Under the pieces are notes generated by a model that was not told the origin of the DNA, did not search any database, and saw nothing but the letters and a program-made list of their open reading frames with translations. Below are positions 9,207 through 20,142 of a DNA stretch of 64,000 nucleotides, in pieces. Positions within the stretch are counted from its first letter, which is position 1; each line of letters starts with the position of its first letter. The DNA is from Candidatus Thorarchaeota archaeon (GTDB taxonomy: Archaea; Asgardarchaeota; Thorarchaeia; Thorarchaeales; Thorarchaeaceae), in contig CP070761.1 of assembly GCA_020348985.1 (NCBI GenBank), positions 883,613 through 947,612 on the forward strand, written 5' to 3'. The position numbers and the translations under genes are program-made.

Positions 9207-10268
9207 TTGTGGAAGAGAGAGAAAAAGATGGATGTGATGGATTTGGCAGAAGACAACGTAAGAGTACTGTTCATCTGGGATGCACGCGCAGAACTACGCG
9301 ACTTCCTGCAAGCGGGACTGGCCGACTTGGAAAACGTGGAACTCGTGTTTCCAGACGAGACTGATGATGAGACTCTCGTAAAGCTCGCGCCGGATGCGGA
9401 CATCATGATTGGCTGGAGACCCTCCAGAGATCTCCTGAGCGCCGCCAAGAAGATGACTCTTTTTGTAAATCCAGGTGCCGGAGTTCAGCACCACATTGAG
9501 GTCTTTAGAGAGATCAACCAAGAGCAGAGCGTTGTCCTGGTCAACGGCCATGGCAACTCCTACTTCACTGCTCAGCATGCCGTGGCGTTGCTCCTCACAC
9601 TGACAAACAAGATTGTGTCTCACCATGAATGGATGAGAAACGGAAAGTGGCGTACAGGAGATTCTGACGCAAGCTCGATTCCTCTCAGGTATAGGAAAGT
9701 GGGCCTCCTGGGATACGGAGCAGTCAACAGACAAGTTCATCGGTTCCTCCAAGGTTTCGATTTGGATTTTCATGTCCTCAAAAGAAGTTGGGAGACTCAA
9801 CCACGGACACAGCCCACGAACTACAGGAAATACGAGCCTGCTCAGATTCACGAGTTCTTGAAGGACATAGATACATTGATTGTCGCTGTTCCTCAAACGC
9901 CAGAAACGATAGGACTGATAGGTCGAGAAGAGCTTGAGCTGCTGGGAGAGGATGGTCTCATCGTCAATATGGCCCGGGGAGTAGTGGTTGATGAGCAGGG
10001 TCTGTTCAACGTTCTGAAAGAAAAAGCCATTGCTGGTGCTGCTATTGACGTCTGGTACGAATACAGACCAGAGCCTGATGCCGAAGGCCGGAAGTTCCCT
10101 TACAACTATCCGTTTCACGAGCTTGACAATGTCATCCTTTCTCCACACAGAGGTGCCTCTCCTTTCAGAGACCTAGAAAGGTGGAATGAAGTCACAGAGA
10201 ACATAAGGCGCTTTGCAGTCGGAAGAACAGACTTTCTAAACGTGGTTGATCTTGACCGCGGGTACTGA
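9207..10268 (+). CDS. D-2-hydroxyacid dehydrogenase family protein
   Basis: GYGAVN Rossmann variant, NMARG, AAIDVW, SPHR. The true start may be ATG 9228. Confidence 0.9.
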   Translation: MWKREKKMDVMDLAEDNVRVLFIWDARAELRDFLQAGLADLENVELVFPDETDDETLVKLAPDADIMIGWRPSRDLLSAAKKMTLFVNPGAGVQHHIEVFREINQEQSVVLVNGHGNSYFTAQHAVALLLTLTNKIVSHHEWMRNGKWRTGDSDASSIPLRYRKVGLLGYGAVNRQVHRFLQGFDLDFHVLKRSWETQPRTQPTNYRKYEPAQIHEFLKDIDTLIVAVPQTPETIGLIGREELELLGEDGLIVNMARGVVVDEQGLFNVLKEKAIAGAAIDVWYEYRPEPDAEGRKFPYNYPFHELDNVILSPHRGASPFRDLERWNEVTENIRRFAVGRTDFLNVVDLDRGY

Positions 10269-10584
10269 CCAACCGAATTCCTATGTGCACAGGACCACAC
10301 AAGGAGACTCAATTACTTGTTGTCATGAGTTCTCTCATCCGAGTCTGGCTCTTGAGGAGCAAGAGCAAGGGAGAAATCCCAGCCGACCCAGTTGTCGAGG
10401 AAGCTCGGCCACCGTTCCAGGCCCAATCATTGCGTTGTCTCCGTTTGTCCTGATGACTGAGGTCGGCACTGTTTCTTCTTACTTCCAAAACCAATATCTT
10501 CATTCATATGTCGGGATTCTCTCAGGTGGAATTGGAAAGGATACCATTTCTGACTGCAGTCAGAGCAATCCGAAATGAGGTCAA

Positions 10585-12201
10585 GTGCTGATGGAAGGCG
10601 TAGACAACAATGAAACAGCAGTTGAATCTGGAGAGGAAAGAAGGAACTTCTCGTTGAGCTTCTTGAGCGATCGACATATTTTGGCTCCGTGGATTCTGCT
10701 TGCACTCACCGGAACAACTGTGACCATTCTTTCCATTTATCATGTCCAGTCAGTTATGGCCTCATGGGGAATATTCGGGTTCTCATTTGACGATTCTTGG
10801 ATACATGTTCAATATGCGAGAACCATCTTCGAGGGTCGTGCATGGGAATACGCATGGGGAATCCCTAGCACAGGAAGCTCTGGCCCTCTTTGGTCTATCA
10901 TACTAAGCCCAATCTTCCTCTTCGGAACTAGTCACGACAGTGTGGTCACGTCAGTGCTCTTCATTAGCAGCATTCTCTACATATTGAATACAATTGTAGT
11001 TGGAGAGATTGTAAGACAACATACAGGAAAGTGGGAGTTTGGGGTCCTGGCCCAGGTCGTCTTTGTCTTGATTCCTCGAAATGCGGGACTCATGCTCTCC
11101 GGAATGGAAACTCCTCTAGGAATGTTAACACTATTTCTTGCCTTGTTGCTCCTGAACAAGAAAGAGTGGAAGTATGACATTGCACTTGGGATTGTCGTCG
11201 GATTCGCATACCTATGCCGTCCGGAATTCGTACTAGTAGCTGCAATCGCGTTCCCGACCAGAATGGTACTGACTTTGAAGCGGGAGGGTCTTCAGAAGAG
11301 ACGAATACTGACTCTCTTCTCGATGTTTGTCGTTGCAGCTTTGGTGGTTTTACCCTGGGTTCTTCATTGTCTGAATACAACGGGTTTACCACTTCCGGAT
11401 TCATATTACTCAAAGATGCGATGGGGAGTCTCCGACGATGGAATTAACCTCTGGAACATCTACTGGTATGAGTTCTGGCTACGAACAGAGCCATACTTGA
11501 TTCTGGGTTTTACTGGGGGCTTTATCCTAGCGCTCAAAGGGAGGCCCTACGAGTTCCTTCTCTCAGTTGCGCTCTTCGCGCTCTACCGACTCACCATGCC
11601 AGGGATGTCTCTTCTATTCGCCGCTCGCTATCTCGTCCCACTGTTTGACATTCTGGGTGTCGCTTTCGTTTCTGGACTTGCAATTGCGCTTCAGAGATTC
11701 CTTCGAGACAAGGGCTCAAAAAAGCCGCTTCGTCCATCAGAAAAGACCCTGCTGTCCTTAGTCCTAATCAGCATCCTATTCGTTCCTTCACTGATGCAAT
11801 ACAATCACTTTGTCACTGTTCACGCAAATCAGGCAAGCAATATAGAGGAGATGCAGGTCACACTATCGCTTTGGATTCGAGAGAACGTACCAGTCAACTC
11901 AACTATTGCGACCTATGATGTCGGCGCGTTGGGATACTTCGCTGAAGGAGTAGTTCTTGATTTGTATGGACTTGTGACTCCTTTGATACTTCACAATCTA
12001 ACACATCCCTTTGATCAGGCCGGACATCTTAGAGAAATCAACTGCACTTACGTGATGTTCTATGTAGAGTGGTTCAACTACATACGATCAGGCATCGTGT
12101 ATCACGGCGGAGACACCTCTATTCTTTTCCAAGTACACTTGGATGACAATGTGGTTTGTGGCACAGACAACATGGCTGTTTACGAGATTGCCTGGAGCTG
12201 A
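10585..12201 (+). CDS. Multi-pass membrane protein, GT-C glycosyltransferase-like
   Basis: DDSWIH..YAR after TM1, SGMET, RPE, RYLVP, and a soluble C-terminal domain with DVGALGY..DLYGL. Confidence 0.7.
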   Translation: MLMEGVDNNETAVESGEERRNFSLSFLSDRHILAPWILLALTGTTVTILSIYHVQSVMASWGIFGFSFDDSWIHVQYARTIFEGRAWEYAWGIPSTGSSGPLWSIILSPIFLFGTSHDSVVTSVLFISSILYILNTIVVGEIVRQHTGKWEFGVLAQVVFVLIPRNAGLMLSGMETPLGMLTLFLALLLLNKKEWKYDIALGIVVGFAYLCRPEFVLVAAIAFPTRMVLTLKREGLQKRRILTLFSMFVVAALVVLPWVLHCLNTTGLPLPDSYYSKMRWGVSDDGINLWNIYWYEFWLRTEPYLILGFTGGFILALKGRPYEFLLSVALFALYRLTMPGMSLLFAARYLVPLFDILGVAFVSGLAIALQRFLRDKGSKKPLRPSEKTLLSLVLISILFVPSLMQYNHFVTVHANQASNIEEMQVTLSLWIRENVPVNSTIATYDVGALGYFAEGVVLDLYGLVTPLILHNLTHPFDQAGHLREINCTYVMFYVEWFNYIRSGIVYHGGDTSILFQVHLDDNVVCGTDNMAVYEIAWS

Positions 12202-12341
12202 ACTTCAACGAGACAGCATTGATTGGAAGAGCGAGGGAGGTCACCCAAACAGAAGTCAGCCACTCGAATTTGTAACTACACGTATATTGTGGAGTTCAAT
12301 TCAGTATCTGATTGGTGGATTGAATGGTTTGATTTAGGGAA

Positions 12342-13928
12342 CTAGATGCCTGCAGCTTGTCCATCCTTCCTTAGATCCGATCCAGCAATCCATGCATCTC
12401 CGAGTCGGAGTATCGCCTGACCTCCACCAAATCCGGATTTCTTCTCGTCAATTAGATGATGACCCCGCGAACCAAGACTATCAAACAGCGCGATAGGAGC
12501 CCTGCTCTCCACTGCAACTTGATTGGTCACTTGGTCGTGATTGAATCTCGGATGGTCTAGTGCTTGTTGGGGCCACATGTCACAGTCTACAATGTTGCTG
12601 ACAAACTGGGCATGTGCTTGTGCCTGATGTGCTCCACCCATTATCCCAAAGACACCATGGAACTCACCCTCACTGTATAGTGCACCAGGGATTATTGTGT
12701 GAAATGGCAACTTGTTGGGTCCGTAGCAATTTGGATGACTAGGATCCAGAGAGAAGAGATTCCCACGGTTCTGAAGCTTGATTCCGTATCCTTCGACAAC
12801 CAAACCGGAACCGATTCCCATATAGAGGCTGTTGATGAACGACACAGCATTCCCTTCACTGTCTGCAGTAGCTAGGTACACAGTTCCGTGCCCTGTTTGA
12901 ATGCCAGGTTCAGTATTATCCATGGATGAATACAACTCAATAGATGCTGAACGCCCTTTCGAGTAGTCCTTTGAAAGCAAGCTTTCCATCGTGACCCTCA
13001 TGTGATCTGGGTCTGCGTTGTGCGCATGTAGATCAGCATATGCCAACTTCTTCGCTTCAATCATGATATGATATCTGTCCGCGTCAAACGGACTATACTT
13101 GCCGAACTCAAACTCCTCCATGATGTTCAGCATAATAAGGGCTGCAAAACCCTGACCATTGGGAGGGTGCTCAAAAACCTCTAGTCCACGATAGTCGGTG
13201 CTGATTGGTTCAGTCTCCACGGTCTCGTGCCTAGCCAAATCCTCTGGTGTCACAAACCCACCATGCTCTTGAATCGTCTTTGAGACCGCATCTGCAGTCT
13301 CTCCCTCATAGAAGAAGGATACTCCCTCTTCTGTCACCATCTCGAAAACATTGGCGAGGTCCGGATTGCGCATGGTTTCACCAGCAACAGGTGGCCTGCC
13401 ATCGATAGTGTAGGTGTCCTTTGCCGCGTTGTTAATCAAGACTCTGAGAACATGTGGCCACGAGTCAGCAATAAGGGGAGAAACGGGGAAGCCTTCTCTA
13501 GCATAGTGAATGGACGGAGAGAGAACCTCCTTGAGTTCGAGATTGCCATACTTTCTCACAAGGAAATCCCACAAGTGCATGGCACCCGGCACAGTAACGG
13601 GAGCGCCACCTCGCACAGGCATATCAGTCCAGCCCTTCTCCAGCAAATCATCAATGGTGGCAAGCGATCCTGACCGACCAGATCCGTTGAATGACAGCGG
13701 CTTCTTCCTCCCCGAGAGATGAAGGAGGGCAAATGCATCACCACCACACCCAGTGCTAAATGGTTCCACTACGTCCAGGACAGCAGCAACTGCTACGGCA
13801 GCATCAATGGCATTGCCACCGTTTCGCAGAATCTCGATACCTGCTTGTGTTGCCAAAGGCTGAGACGATGCAACCATGCCATCCTTTGCGATGACATCAG
13901 AACGTCCAGTTGGTCGACGCCAGAACAT
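12342..13928 (-). CDS. ggt: Gamma-glutamyltransferase family protein
   Basis: GGNAIDAAVA, PPNGQG, autocleavage Thr in GHGTVY, PFHTIIP, GIMGG. Confidence 0.92.
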   Translation of the reverse strand: MFWRRPTGRSDVIAKDGMVASSQPLATQAGIEILRNGGNAIDAAVAVAAVLDVVEPFSTGCGGDAFALLHLSGRKKPLSFNGSGRSGSLATIDDLLEKGWTDMPVRGGAPVTVPGAMHLWDFLVRKYGNLELKEVLSPSIHYAREGFPVSPLIADSWPHVLRVLINNAAKDTYTIDGRPPVAGETMRNPDLANVFEMVTEEGVSFFYEGETADAVSKTIQEHGGFVTPEDLARHETVETEPISTDYRGLEVFEHPPNGQGFAALIMLNIMEEFEFGKYSPFDADRYHIMIEAKKLAYADLHAHNADPDHMRVTMESLLSKDYSKGRSASIELYSSMDNTEPGIQTGHGTVYLATADSEGNAVSFINSLYMGIGSGLVVEGYGIKLQNRGNLFSLDPSHPNCYGPNKLPFHTIIPGALYSEGEFHGVFGIMGGAHQAQAHAQFVSNIVDCDMWPQQALDHPRFNHDQVTNQVAVESRAPIALFDSLGSRGHHLIDEKKSGFGGGQAILRLGDAWIAGSDLRKDGQAAGI

Positions 13929-14059
13929 GACTGTTCACTCAGTGATGCAAGTCGAGGCAATTCCGCAATAAAGCGCTTTTGCTGAGAGTCAGCTGAAATA
14001 GTTGTCGCAGAGAGAGCAAAGGATAAAGGAGGTCTTGTGTATATTAGACTTGAGAGATA

Positions 14060-14539
14060 ATGGCGGCAATGGAAAGAGAAAACCAGAACCAAATACAAGA
14101 TGACACCATAGTTGAAGCGACTATAGAACAGCTTAGAAAGGGCGTGGAAAAGGTGCTGGTGCACTACACTGAGAGAATCGAAGGCCGTTCTCGAGAAGAG
14201 AAGGAACCTGGTAGCGAGATACTCATCGGTGACACAATCATCTTTGAAGAAGAGATCGACTTTTCGCCGGCTCAGATTGTGGCAATTAAGGTCTGGAATG
14301 ATGTTTGGTTTCTAATTAGCACATCAGAGCATCCACCAGGAGGCTATCCTACCACCAAGGATGCTGTCAAAGCGGGGCAAGCAGAAGAGAAGAAGCTGAG
14401 AGTGCTTGTGGATTACCTCACTGGCAACTTGGCAAAGGAGCTTCGCGAAGACGCAAGAGATTGGAAGCCGGATATGAGAGGCGAGGCAAAAGAAATACTG
14501 AAGATGGTCAAGAACGGCAGAGAGAGATGGGAACATTAG
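14060..14539 (+). CDS. Hypothetical acidic protein
   Basis: 159-aa ORF with natural-looking composition between a divergent and a convergent neighbour. Confidence 0.7.
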   Translation: MAAMERENQNQIQDDTIVEATIEQLRKGVEKVLVHYTERIEGRSREEKEPGSEILIGDTIIFEEEIDFSPAQIVAIKVWNDVWFLISTSEHPPGGYPTTKDAVKAGQAEEKKLRVLVDYLTGNLAKELREDARDWKPDMRGEAKEILKMVKNGRERWEH

Positions 14540-14545
14540 TCCAGA

Positions 14546-15691
14546 CTAAGTCCAATCCTTTAGGAATCCGAAGAGCCTAGAGATCTTCATAGCGTGTGCG
14601 AAGATTAGGAGCATATCTTCGTCTTCTTCATCGGGCATATCTTCCAATAGGTCACCCTTCAATCCTCGTGTGAGCCATCCGATGGCTTTCGAGCTTCTCT
14701 CCTCGGAGATCTTGTCAAGATGGTAAGAAATCTCAGATAGCCCTGCGAATGATATTTCAAACTCACGGAGCACGCCAATAAGACAGTGAAGGCGAATGCT
14801 TGCATTCTCCAGTGTTCCTGCGGCGAGAACATCGACTATCTTCTGGCGGGTCTCTAGAATCAGATTATCTACCTCGAACTCAACAGACTGCTTGTTCATA
14901 ACAGACTCAGAGCTCTCTCTGAGTCTTTCTATCAATGAATCAATGCTCACCAAGATTGGAGCCAAGAGTGTATCCGACAACTTCGAGAAGCCTGATCTGG
15001 TCAGCTTCATTCCAACAGCTGATTTGTCTATGTCCAGACTGCTGCCACCGTCAAAGATAACATGTGAGTCTTCATGAGGCGAAAGTCTGTCGCTCAAGAG
15101 AATGGAAAGCAGGTCACGACCACAGGAGTTGCAGACAGCAGCACCAATCAAGACACGCTCCATTCTTTCGAAGAGTCTCATGACTGCCTCTTTGTCGTCA
15201 ACCCGCCGCATGTTTATTCTGCCGTCTTGAAGGACGGTAATACTCATCTCTCCTACATCCGCACGCCCATAGCCCAGATCACGACTGCACTTGACAAGAT
15301 CAAAATGAGGTTTCAAGCAATCCATCAATTCACACAGGATCCTGGGATCAAAAACGCCAAAGAGTATTGGTTCTCCAGTCTTCACTCCATTGAAGACCCG
15401 CAGTTCAGCCATCACTTTCTCATCAGTGTCCTTGCATGGACGGGTGAACAACACTCCTCCTTCAGGCTGTTCGGGAGCAAGCTTTGCTCTTCGGCTAGGG
15501 GCCCTGCTGCAAATGGACTTTAGCTCTGCCTTTAGACTGGCGAATCCGTTCAATCTGAGAAGTGGACATGCTTCGATTTCACATTCGCCAAAGACAATCG
15601 CACGCCCGAAGCTCGCACAATTTGGAAGTCCGCAAAGTCCACAATCGACCTTCGGAGTTGCCTTCCAAGTTCGAGTCCAGATGCTACTCAT
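14546..15691 (-). CDS. Fe-S cluster domain protein (CFeSP-type N-terminal 4Fe-4S domain)
   Basis: PKVDCGLCGLPNC...ACP at the N-terminus and an additional CNSC. Confidence 0.8.
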   Translation of the reverse strand: MSSIWTRTWKATPKVDCGLCGLPNCASFGRAIVFGECEIEACPLLRLNGFASLKAELKSICSRAPSRRAKLAPEQPEGGVLFTRPCKDTDEKVMAELRVFNGVKTGEPILFGVFDPRILCELMDCLKPHFDLVKCSRDLGYGRADVGEMSITVLQDGRINMRRVDDKEAVMRLFERMERVLIGAAVCNSCGRDLLSILLSDRLSPHEDSHVIFDGGSSLDIDKSAVGMKLTRSGFSKLSDTLLAPILVSIDSLIERLRESSESVMNKQSVEFEVDNLILETRQKIVDVLAAGTLENASIRLHCLIGVLREFEISFAGLSEISYHLDKISEERSSKAIGWLTRGLKGDLLEDMPDEEDEDMLLIFAHAMKISRLFGFLKDWT

Positions 15692-15804
15692 TCAGAACGT
15701 CCTCTTCTGAATGGACTCCAGTTGCCTCGCAGTTTAAGATTCCGATGTATGCCATCCGTGTACGTCAATTTTATTAGTTAACTGAAGACCCGCCAACTAG
15801 AACG

Positions 15805-16410
15805 GTGCTACGCATGGAGAGAGCCCGCAAAGCGATGAAATGGGATAAAAGGTCCGAACATGTCAAGTTAGTCTTTATGCTTGGCATAGTAATCGGAGCC
15901 ACGCTTGGCGGATATGGTTTGTTCATGGTTGCGATGGGGACTACCAGTCCGCTCGTCGTTGTTACGAGTGAGTCGATGGTTCCCACACTGGAAAAGGGCG
16001 ACATGTTGGTGCTACAGGCAAAACCACCAGACCAGATCTTCGTTGGAGACATCATTGTTTTTCAGGATACTGAGTGGCACACTGACGGGCCCGTTGTACA
16101 TCGCGTGATTTCCGTTACGGTGGAGAATGGCACGTATTCTTACGAGACCAAAGGAGATGCCAACACACATCAGGATCCCGACAACAGGAGATACGATGAG
16201 GTAATTGGAGTTGTCATCTTCAGAGTACCATTTATCGGTCATGTAAGCTTGTTTTTGAGAACAACAGAGGGAATCATCTTCATGGTCATCCTCTTTGTTG
16301 TGATTCTTGTATTACCCGAATTTGTTTGTAAGGACGATGAGACCACCTCAGAAGAGGAGGGAGACCCACCCTCTCCCGAGGTAGTAGTTTCTGACTCAGG
16401 CCAGTCATGA
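15805..16410 (+). CDS. Signal peptidase I, archaeal/Sec11 type
   Basis: VVTSESMVP (Ser), VVHRV (His), TKGDAN, flanked by TM helices. The start may be slightly downstream. Confidence 0.93.
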   Translation: MLRMERARKAMKWDKRSEHVKLVFMLGIVIGATLGGYGLFMVAMGTTSPLVVVTSESMVPTLEKGDMLVLQAKPPDQIFVGDIIVFQDTEWHTDGPVVHRVISVTVENGTYSYETKGDANTHQDPDNRRYDEVIGVVIFRVPFIGHVSLFLRTTEGIIFMVILFVVILVLPEFVCKDDETTSEEEGDPPSPEVVVSDSGQS

Positions 16411-16950
16411 AGAACCATAGAATTGAAGCGGTGTGAGTCCGAAAATCCCAGCGACCAGATTGCCTGGGAATGTGGCGATACCTGTGTTATACGCGGCAAC
16501 GGCATCATTGTAGTCTAACTTTGCCTGAGTGATTCTATTCTCTGTGCCAGTGATCTCGTCAAAGAGCCCAATGTAAAGTGTACTTGCGTAAAGAGTCGGG
16601 TAATTCTCCTGAATTGCCACAAACAGCGTATTGAGTGCCAAGTTCAGTTGCGAAGAAACATTCGCCTGTTCGCTCGGACTCCCGTTAAGATTCAACCACT
16701 GCGTCCTAAGTGATGTTATCAGTGCAAGCGTTTCTTGCTCGAATTCTGTGTAATTCTCAACAGTCGTGACGAGCTGTGGAATCAAGTCGATCTTCCGTTC
16801 ATACTGGACAGCAATCGCATTCCACTTGTTTTCCACATCTACCTTGAGCGTGACTAAGTTGTTGTAGGTCAAGATGATCGAGACACCTATTCCTCCACCT
16901 ACGATAACAAGCCCCACAAGGACCAAGCATAGGACATTTCTTTGTGCCAT
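16405..16950 (-). CDS. lemA: LemA family protein
   Basis: TM helix, YNNLV, RKIDLIPQLV, ENYPTL, TENRI, YN..FPGNLVA. Confidence 0.93.
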   Translation of the reverse strand: MAQRNVLCLVLVGLVIVGGGIGVSIILTYNNLVTLKVDVENKWNAIAVQYERKIDLIPQLVTTVENYTEFEQETLALITSLRTQWLNLNGSPSEQANVSSQLNLALNTLFVAIQENYPTLYASTLYIGLFDEITGTENRITQAKLDYNDAVAAYNTGIATFPGNLVAGIFGLTPLQFYGSS

Positions 16951-16962
16951 GTTTCCTCCCTC

Positions 16963-17820
16963 TCAGCCGTAACTAGTGTAACCTCCACCTGATGTCTTTC
17001 CGCCGCCACTCCTTACTCTGCCAGCTCCTGAAATCACAACCGTTCCGCCAAACGCAATCACAATAGCATAGAACAGCGTGGCCAGAGAGTTGTCCAACCA
17101 CCACGCAAAGAGCGTCAATGTACCTATCATGACAAGCGGGATGATGCAATTGCCTCCTCTGACCACAGTGTAGTTTGCCCACGAGAAGACGAACGACAGG
17201 AACACACCGATGACCGCCCCGGCTATGAGCGGATTTGCGTATGCCCAAGCCTGAAGTGCAGCAAGACCTATGGGATCTCCTTGTCCACTTACGACACTTG
17301 GGTCATCCATAAACTCGTAATAGAGAGCCAGAATTCCTTCATAGAGGCCCTCGTAGATGTACCCCCAGTCAATCCATGCAGTTACGTTGTCTCTGGCAAT
17401 TCTACCAGCTTCAGCATCCGTGATAGCACCCTCCAACCCTCTTCCCACTTCGATTCTGAATTCGTATGCAAAATGCGTACTGTTGAGGTCTTCATAGTAC
17501 AGGGTCAAGAGTAGACCATTGTTTACATCAGCCTTTCCTATTCCCCAATCATTGAAAAGAAGGTAGGAATAGCGATTGATATCATAACCCTCTAAATCTG
17601 ATGTAGTAACAATGAAGATCTCTACGGTAGTTTCTTCCTCGATTGCCTGACACAAGTCTTCGAGATCCATGTCCTCTTCAATAGTCAAGATAAGGGCCCA
17701 ATCGTTAATCATGTATCCTGTATAGGATGGAAGGGCCGGAGTTGGTCCAGACAGTGCGAAAACAACCGTACAAGCCAGCACAAGTACAAGTAGCACTCTT
17801 GCAGGTTTGCTGGTGGACAT
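16963..17820 (-). CDS. TPM-domain membrane protein (LemA partner)
   Basis: WGIGKADVNNGLL, RIEVGRGLEGAITD and a Gly-rich tail GGGKTSGGG. Confidence 0.9.
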   Translation of the reverse strand: MSTSKPARVLLVLVLACTVVFALSGPTPALPSYTGYMINDWALILTIEEDMDLEDLCQAIEEETTVEIFIVTTSDLEGYDINRYSYLLFNDWGIGKADVNNGLLLTLYYEDLNSTHFAYEFRIEVGRGLEGAITDAEAGRIARDNVTAWIDWGYIYEGLYEGILALYYEFMDDPSVVSGQGDPIGLAALQAWAYANPLIAGAVIGVFLSFVFSWANYTVVRGGNCIIPLVMIGTLTLFAWWLDNSLATLFYAIVIAFGGTVVISGAGRVRSGGGKTSGGGYTSYG

Positions 17821-17864
17821 CGCGTTTCCTCCTGAGACTGGGTCACCTATATTGTTTCTGAAAT

Positions 17865-18677
17865 CTACGCTTGACCAAGGAGCTTTAGCATTGTAGCTTC
17901 ATCAAGAAGACCGAGCTTCTCTGCGAGGGATTCCACTGCCACATATGCAGGTGAGTCTGTGTCAAGGTCAAAGACCGGTTTTCCAAGATAATTGAGTCTG
18001 GACAAAGAATCATCATTGGGAATCATGCCGAGAAGAGTCAATCCCTGCTCTTCGAGCATTGAACGTACTTCTTCTTCCATGCCGTCTGGGAATCTGTTTC
18101 CTACTACAACAACCTGTTTGAAGTCGATGTGAACCTCTTTTGCCAGGTCCCTGATTCTGATAGCAGCTTCGTAGGCTGCTCTTGAGGGGTCGATAACGAC
18201 TACCAGCACATCGACATTCCTATCGGTCCTTCTACTAAGATGCTCCAAGCCTGCACTCATATCCATCAGCGTGACTTCATAGTTCCGAGTCAACGTGTCA
18301 AGAATTTGGGTGAGAAGTCTATTGACGTAGCAGTAGCAGCCTTCTCCTTCAGTTCTGCCCATAGCCAAGAAGTCGAATCGGTCGTCTTCGATTAACGATT
18401 CGAATACTTCAGCCTCAAGAATGTCTTGCTTGGTGGCCGCAGCCGGCACTGATCCTTCATCAATGTCCTTCCTCAGAGTGGTGGCTACTTTACCCACCGT
18501 TGAGTTGACTTCAACCCCAATTGCCCTTGGCAAGTTCATGACCGGGTCGGCGTCAACGACAAGCAACGAACGTTTCGTCTTCTCGACAACTGCACGTGTC
18601 AAGAGGGCCGATAGTGTGGTCTTTCCGACTCCGCCTTTTCCGGAGACGGATATCACGAGATGCTCTCTCATTGTCAC
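17865..18677 (-). CDS. cooC: CooC/AcsF nickel-insertion ATPase
   Basis: SGKGGVGKTT, DADP, GCYC, AGLEHLSR; lies directly downstream of cdhE. Confidence 0.92.
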   Translation of the reverse strand: MTMREHLVISVSGKGGVGKTTLSALLTRAVVEKTKRSLLVVDADPVMNLPRAIGVEVNSTVGKVATTLRKDIDEGSVPAAATKQDILEAEVFESLIEDDRFDFLAMGRTEGEGCYCYVNRLLTQILDTLTRNYEVTLMDMSAGLEHLSRRTDRNVDVLVVVIDPSRAAYEAAIRIRDLAKEVHIDFKQVVVVGNRFPDGMEEEVRSMLEEQGLTLLGMIPNDDSLSRLNYLGKPVFDLDTDSPAYVAVESLAEKLGLLDEATMLKLLGQA

Positions 18678-18726
18678 CTTCTCTTCGTGTCACTGTAAAG
18701 AAAGCCTTTTCCAAATAGGAACTAGA

Positions 18727-20142
18727 CTACTCTTCGCGCCACTTTGCCTCTTGCAAGTATTTCGGAATCCCGCTAGAGTCCTGAGGACCGACCTTAACGG
18801 TCCATCCAGTGGTCTCCTCAGTCTCGCCACTGATTCTTGCGGCCATACCTGGACTGATCAGAATCTTGTGATTGACCTTCTCCGCGACTCCGTACTCTTC
18901 CATAGACTCAGCGATTTTTTCGGCTGTGAGTTTACGGCCTGCAACCGCAGACTGAACGCTCATTCCCTCTGTATCGACAACAACGAGCCATGCGTCAACA
19001 TTGCCTTGCTTTATGTCGCTTTCAACTGTGAAGTATGTCAATGCGAAGTTTGTCGTGTACATCACGGGAGAGTCAGGACCTGCACTGCCGAATTTCATTA
19101 GGCCTGCTTCTACTGCTACAGGCTTGACTGGATCAGTGTAGAGGTTGCTTCTCAAGAAGGTCTGGGGAAGATTCGTCCACATGTCAATGCTGTGAGTGAC
19201 AATGATGTCTGAATATCTGATTATCATCGCAGACCCCGCAAGAACCTCATTCCATTTTGTGAGCTCAGGAGCTTCGCCTTCACGATGGCCCGCCCAAACT
19301 GTGATAGGAGCAGCAAGCAAAGGATAACCGAAGAGCTCGTTGTCATCGACAGTGGCAGCTCTTCGAAGCTGTGTGAAGTTGTCAACAGTCGTGCCCATTC
19401 CGGCCTGAAACACACTGCCCGGATCCATTACAATGTCTTCTATCCCCATCGCACGCAGAGTTGAAACGAGAGTAGCTAGGTTGTCCAAGCTCCCTGGCGC
19501 ATAGGCTACAACAGGAAGATTGTGCTTCAGAGCTAGTTCGCCAACAGTCTCCCAGCTATCAGGAGTTGCCGCGTAAAGCAGCGGTCGCTTGTCTGCAGTA
19601 GCATTTGCCGCGGCCGAAAGCATAGCTGGGTCAAGAGAACACAGAATGATGGGCCAGTCGGTGGTCTCTTCCAGAAGCTTAGCCGCCTTCGAGAAAGTTG
19701 CAGGGTCCTTTGAAACACCACGTAGAGCTATGCCGTCCAATCTGAGATCCTGGCCGATGTAGACATAGGTCCAGTCTTCTATTTCCTTAACTCTCTTCTT
19801 GAATTCATCTGGACTCAGATTGTCGGCAACGTCCAAGAATATCGAAGTGGGATTCGAGTACCTCAGGTCATGTCTGTAAAGGACAAGCTTGCCACCAATT
19901 GCCGCAGCCTTTTCTCCTCGACCTATCGTTATCTCTCTAACCGGAGGACGAATCAGTTCTTGGAGATCGGCTAGCTTCTTTGCGTACTTATCCTCTCGAA
20001 ACAGTGGATAGCAAAGATCCACTTTGATCGTGTATTCTGCAAGCTTGGTGGCAAAAGCCATGCAGTTGGCTTCACCACACTCCTGACAATTGGTACCGGG
20101 GAGGAGCGGATAGATGTCAAGCGGTCCTGCTAGTTTCGCCAT
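18727..20142 (-). CDS. cdhE: ACDS gamma subunit (corrinoid Fe-S protein large subunit)
   Basis: LPGTNCQECGEANCMAFATKLA, TTNFALTYFTVESD, GPQDSS. Confidence 0.97.
   Translation of the reverse strand: MAKLAGPLDIYPLLPGTNCQECGEANCMAFATKLAEYTIKVDLCYPLFREDKYAKKLADLQELIRPPVREITIGRGEKAAAIGGKLVLYRHDLRYSNPTSIFLDVADNLSPDEFKKRVKEIEDWTYVYIGQDLRLDGIALRGVSKDPATFSKAAKLLEETTDWPIILCSLDPAMLSAAANATADKRPLLYAATPDSWETVGELALKHNLPVVAYAPGSLDNLATLVSTLRAMGIEDIVMDPGSVFQAGMGTTVDNFTQLRRAATVDDNELFGYPLLAAPITVWAGHREGEAPELTKWNEVLAGSAMIIRYSDIIVTHSIDMWTNLPQTFLRSNLYTDPVKPVAVEAGLMKFGSAGPDSPVMYTTNFALTYFTVESDIKQGNVDAWLVVVDTEGMSVQSAVAGRKLTAEKIAESMEEYGVAEKVNHKILISPGMAARISGETEETTGWTVKVGPQDSSGIPKYLQEAKWREE

Noticed and set aside
9294-10148. 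284-aa antisense ORF, and similar shadow ORFs such as 18421-19101, 29291-29959 and 49865-50485
   Set aside because: They lie opposite well-supported genes and show no recognisable motifs.
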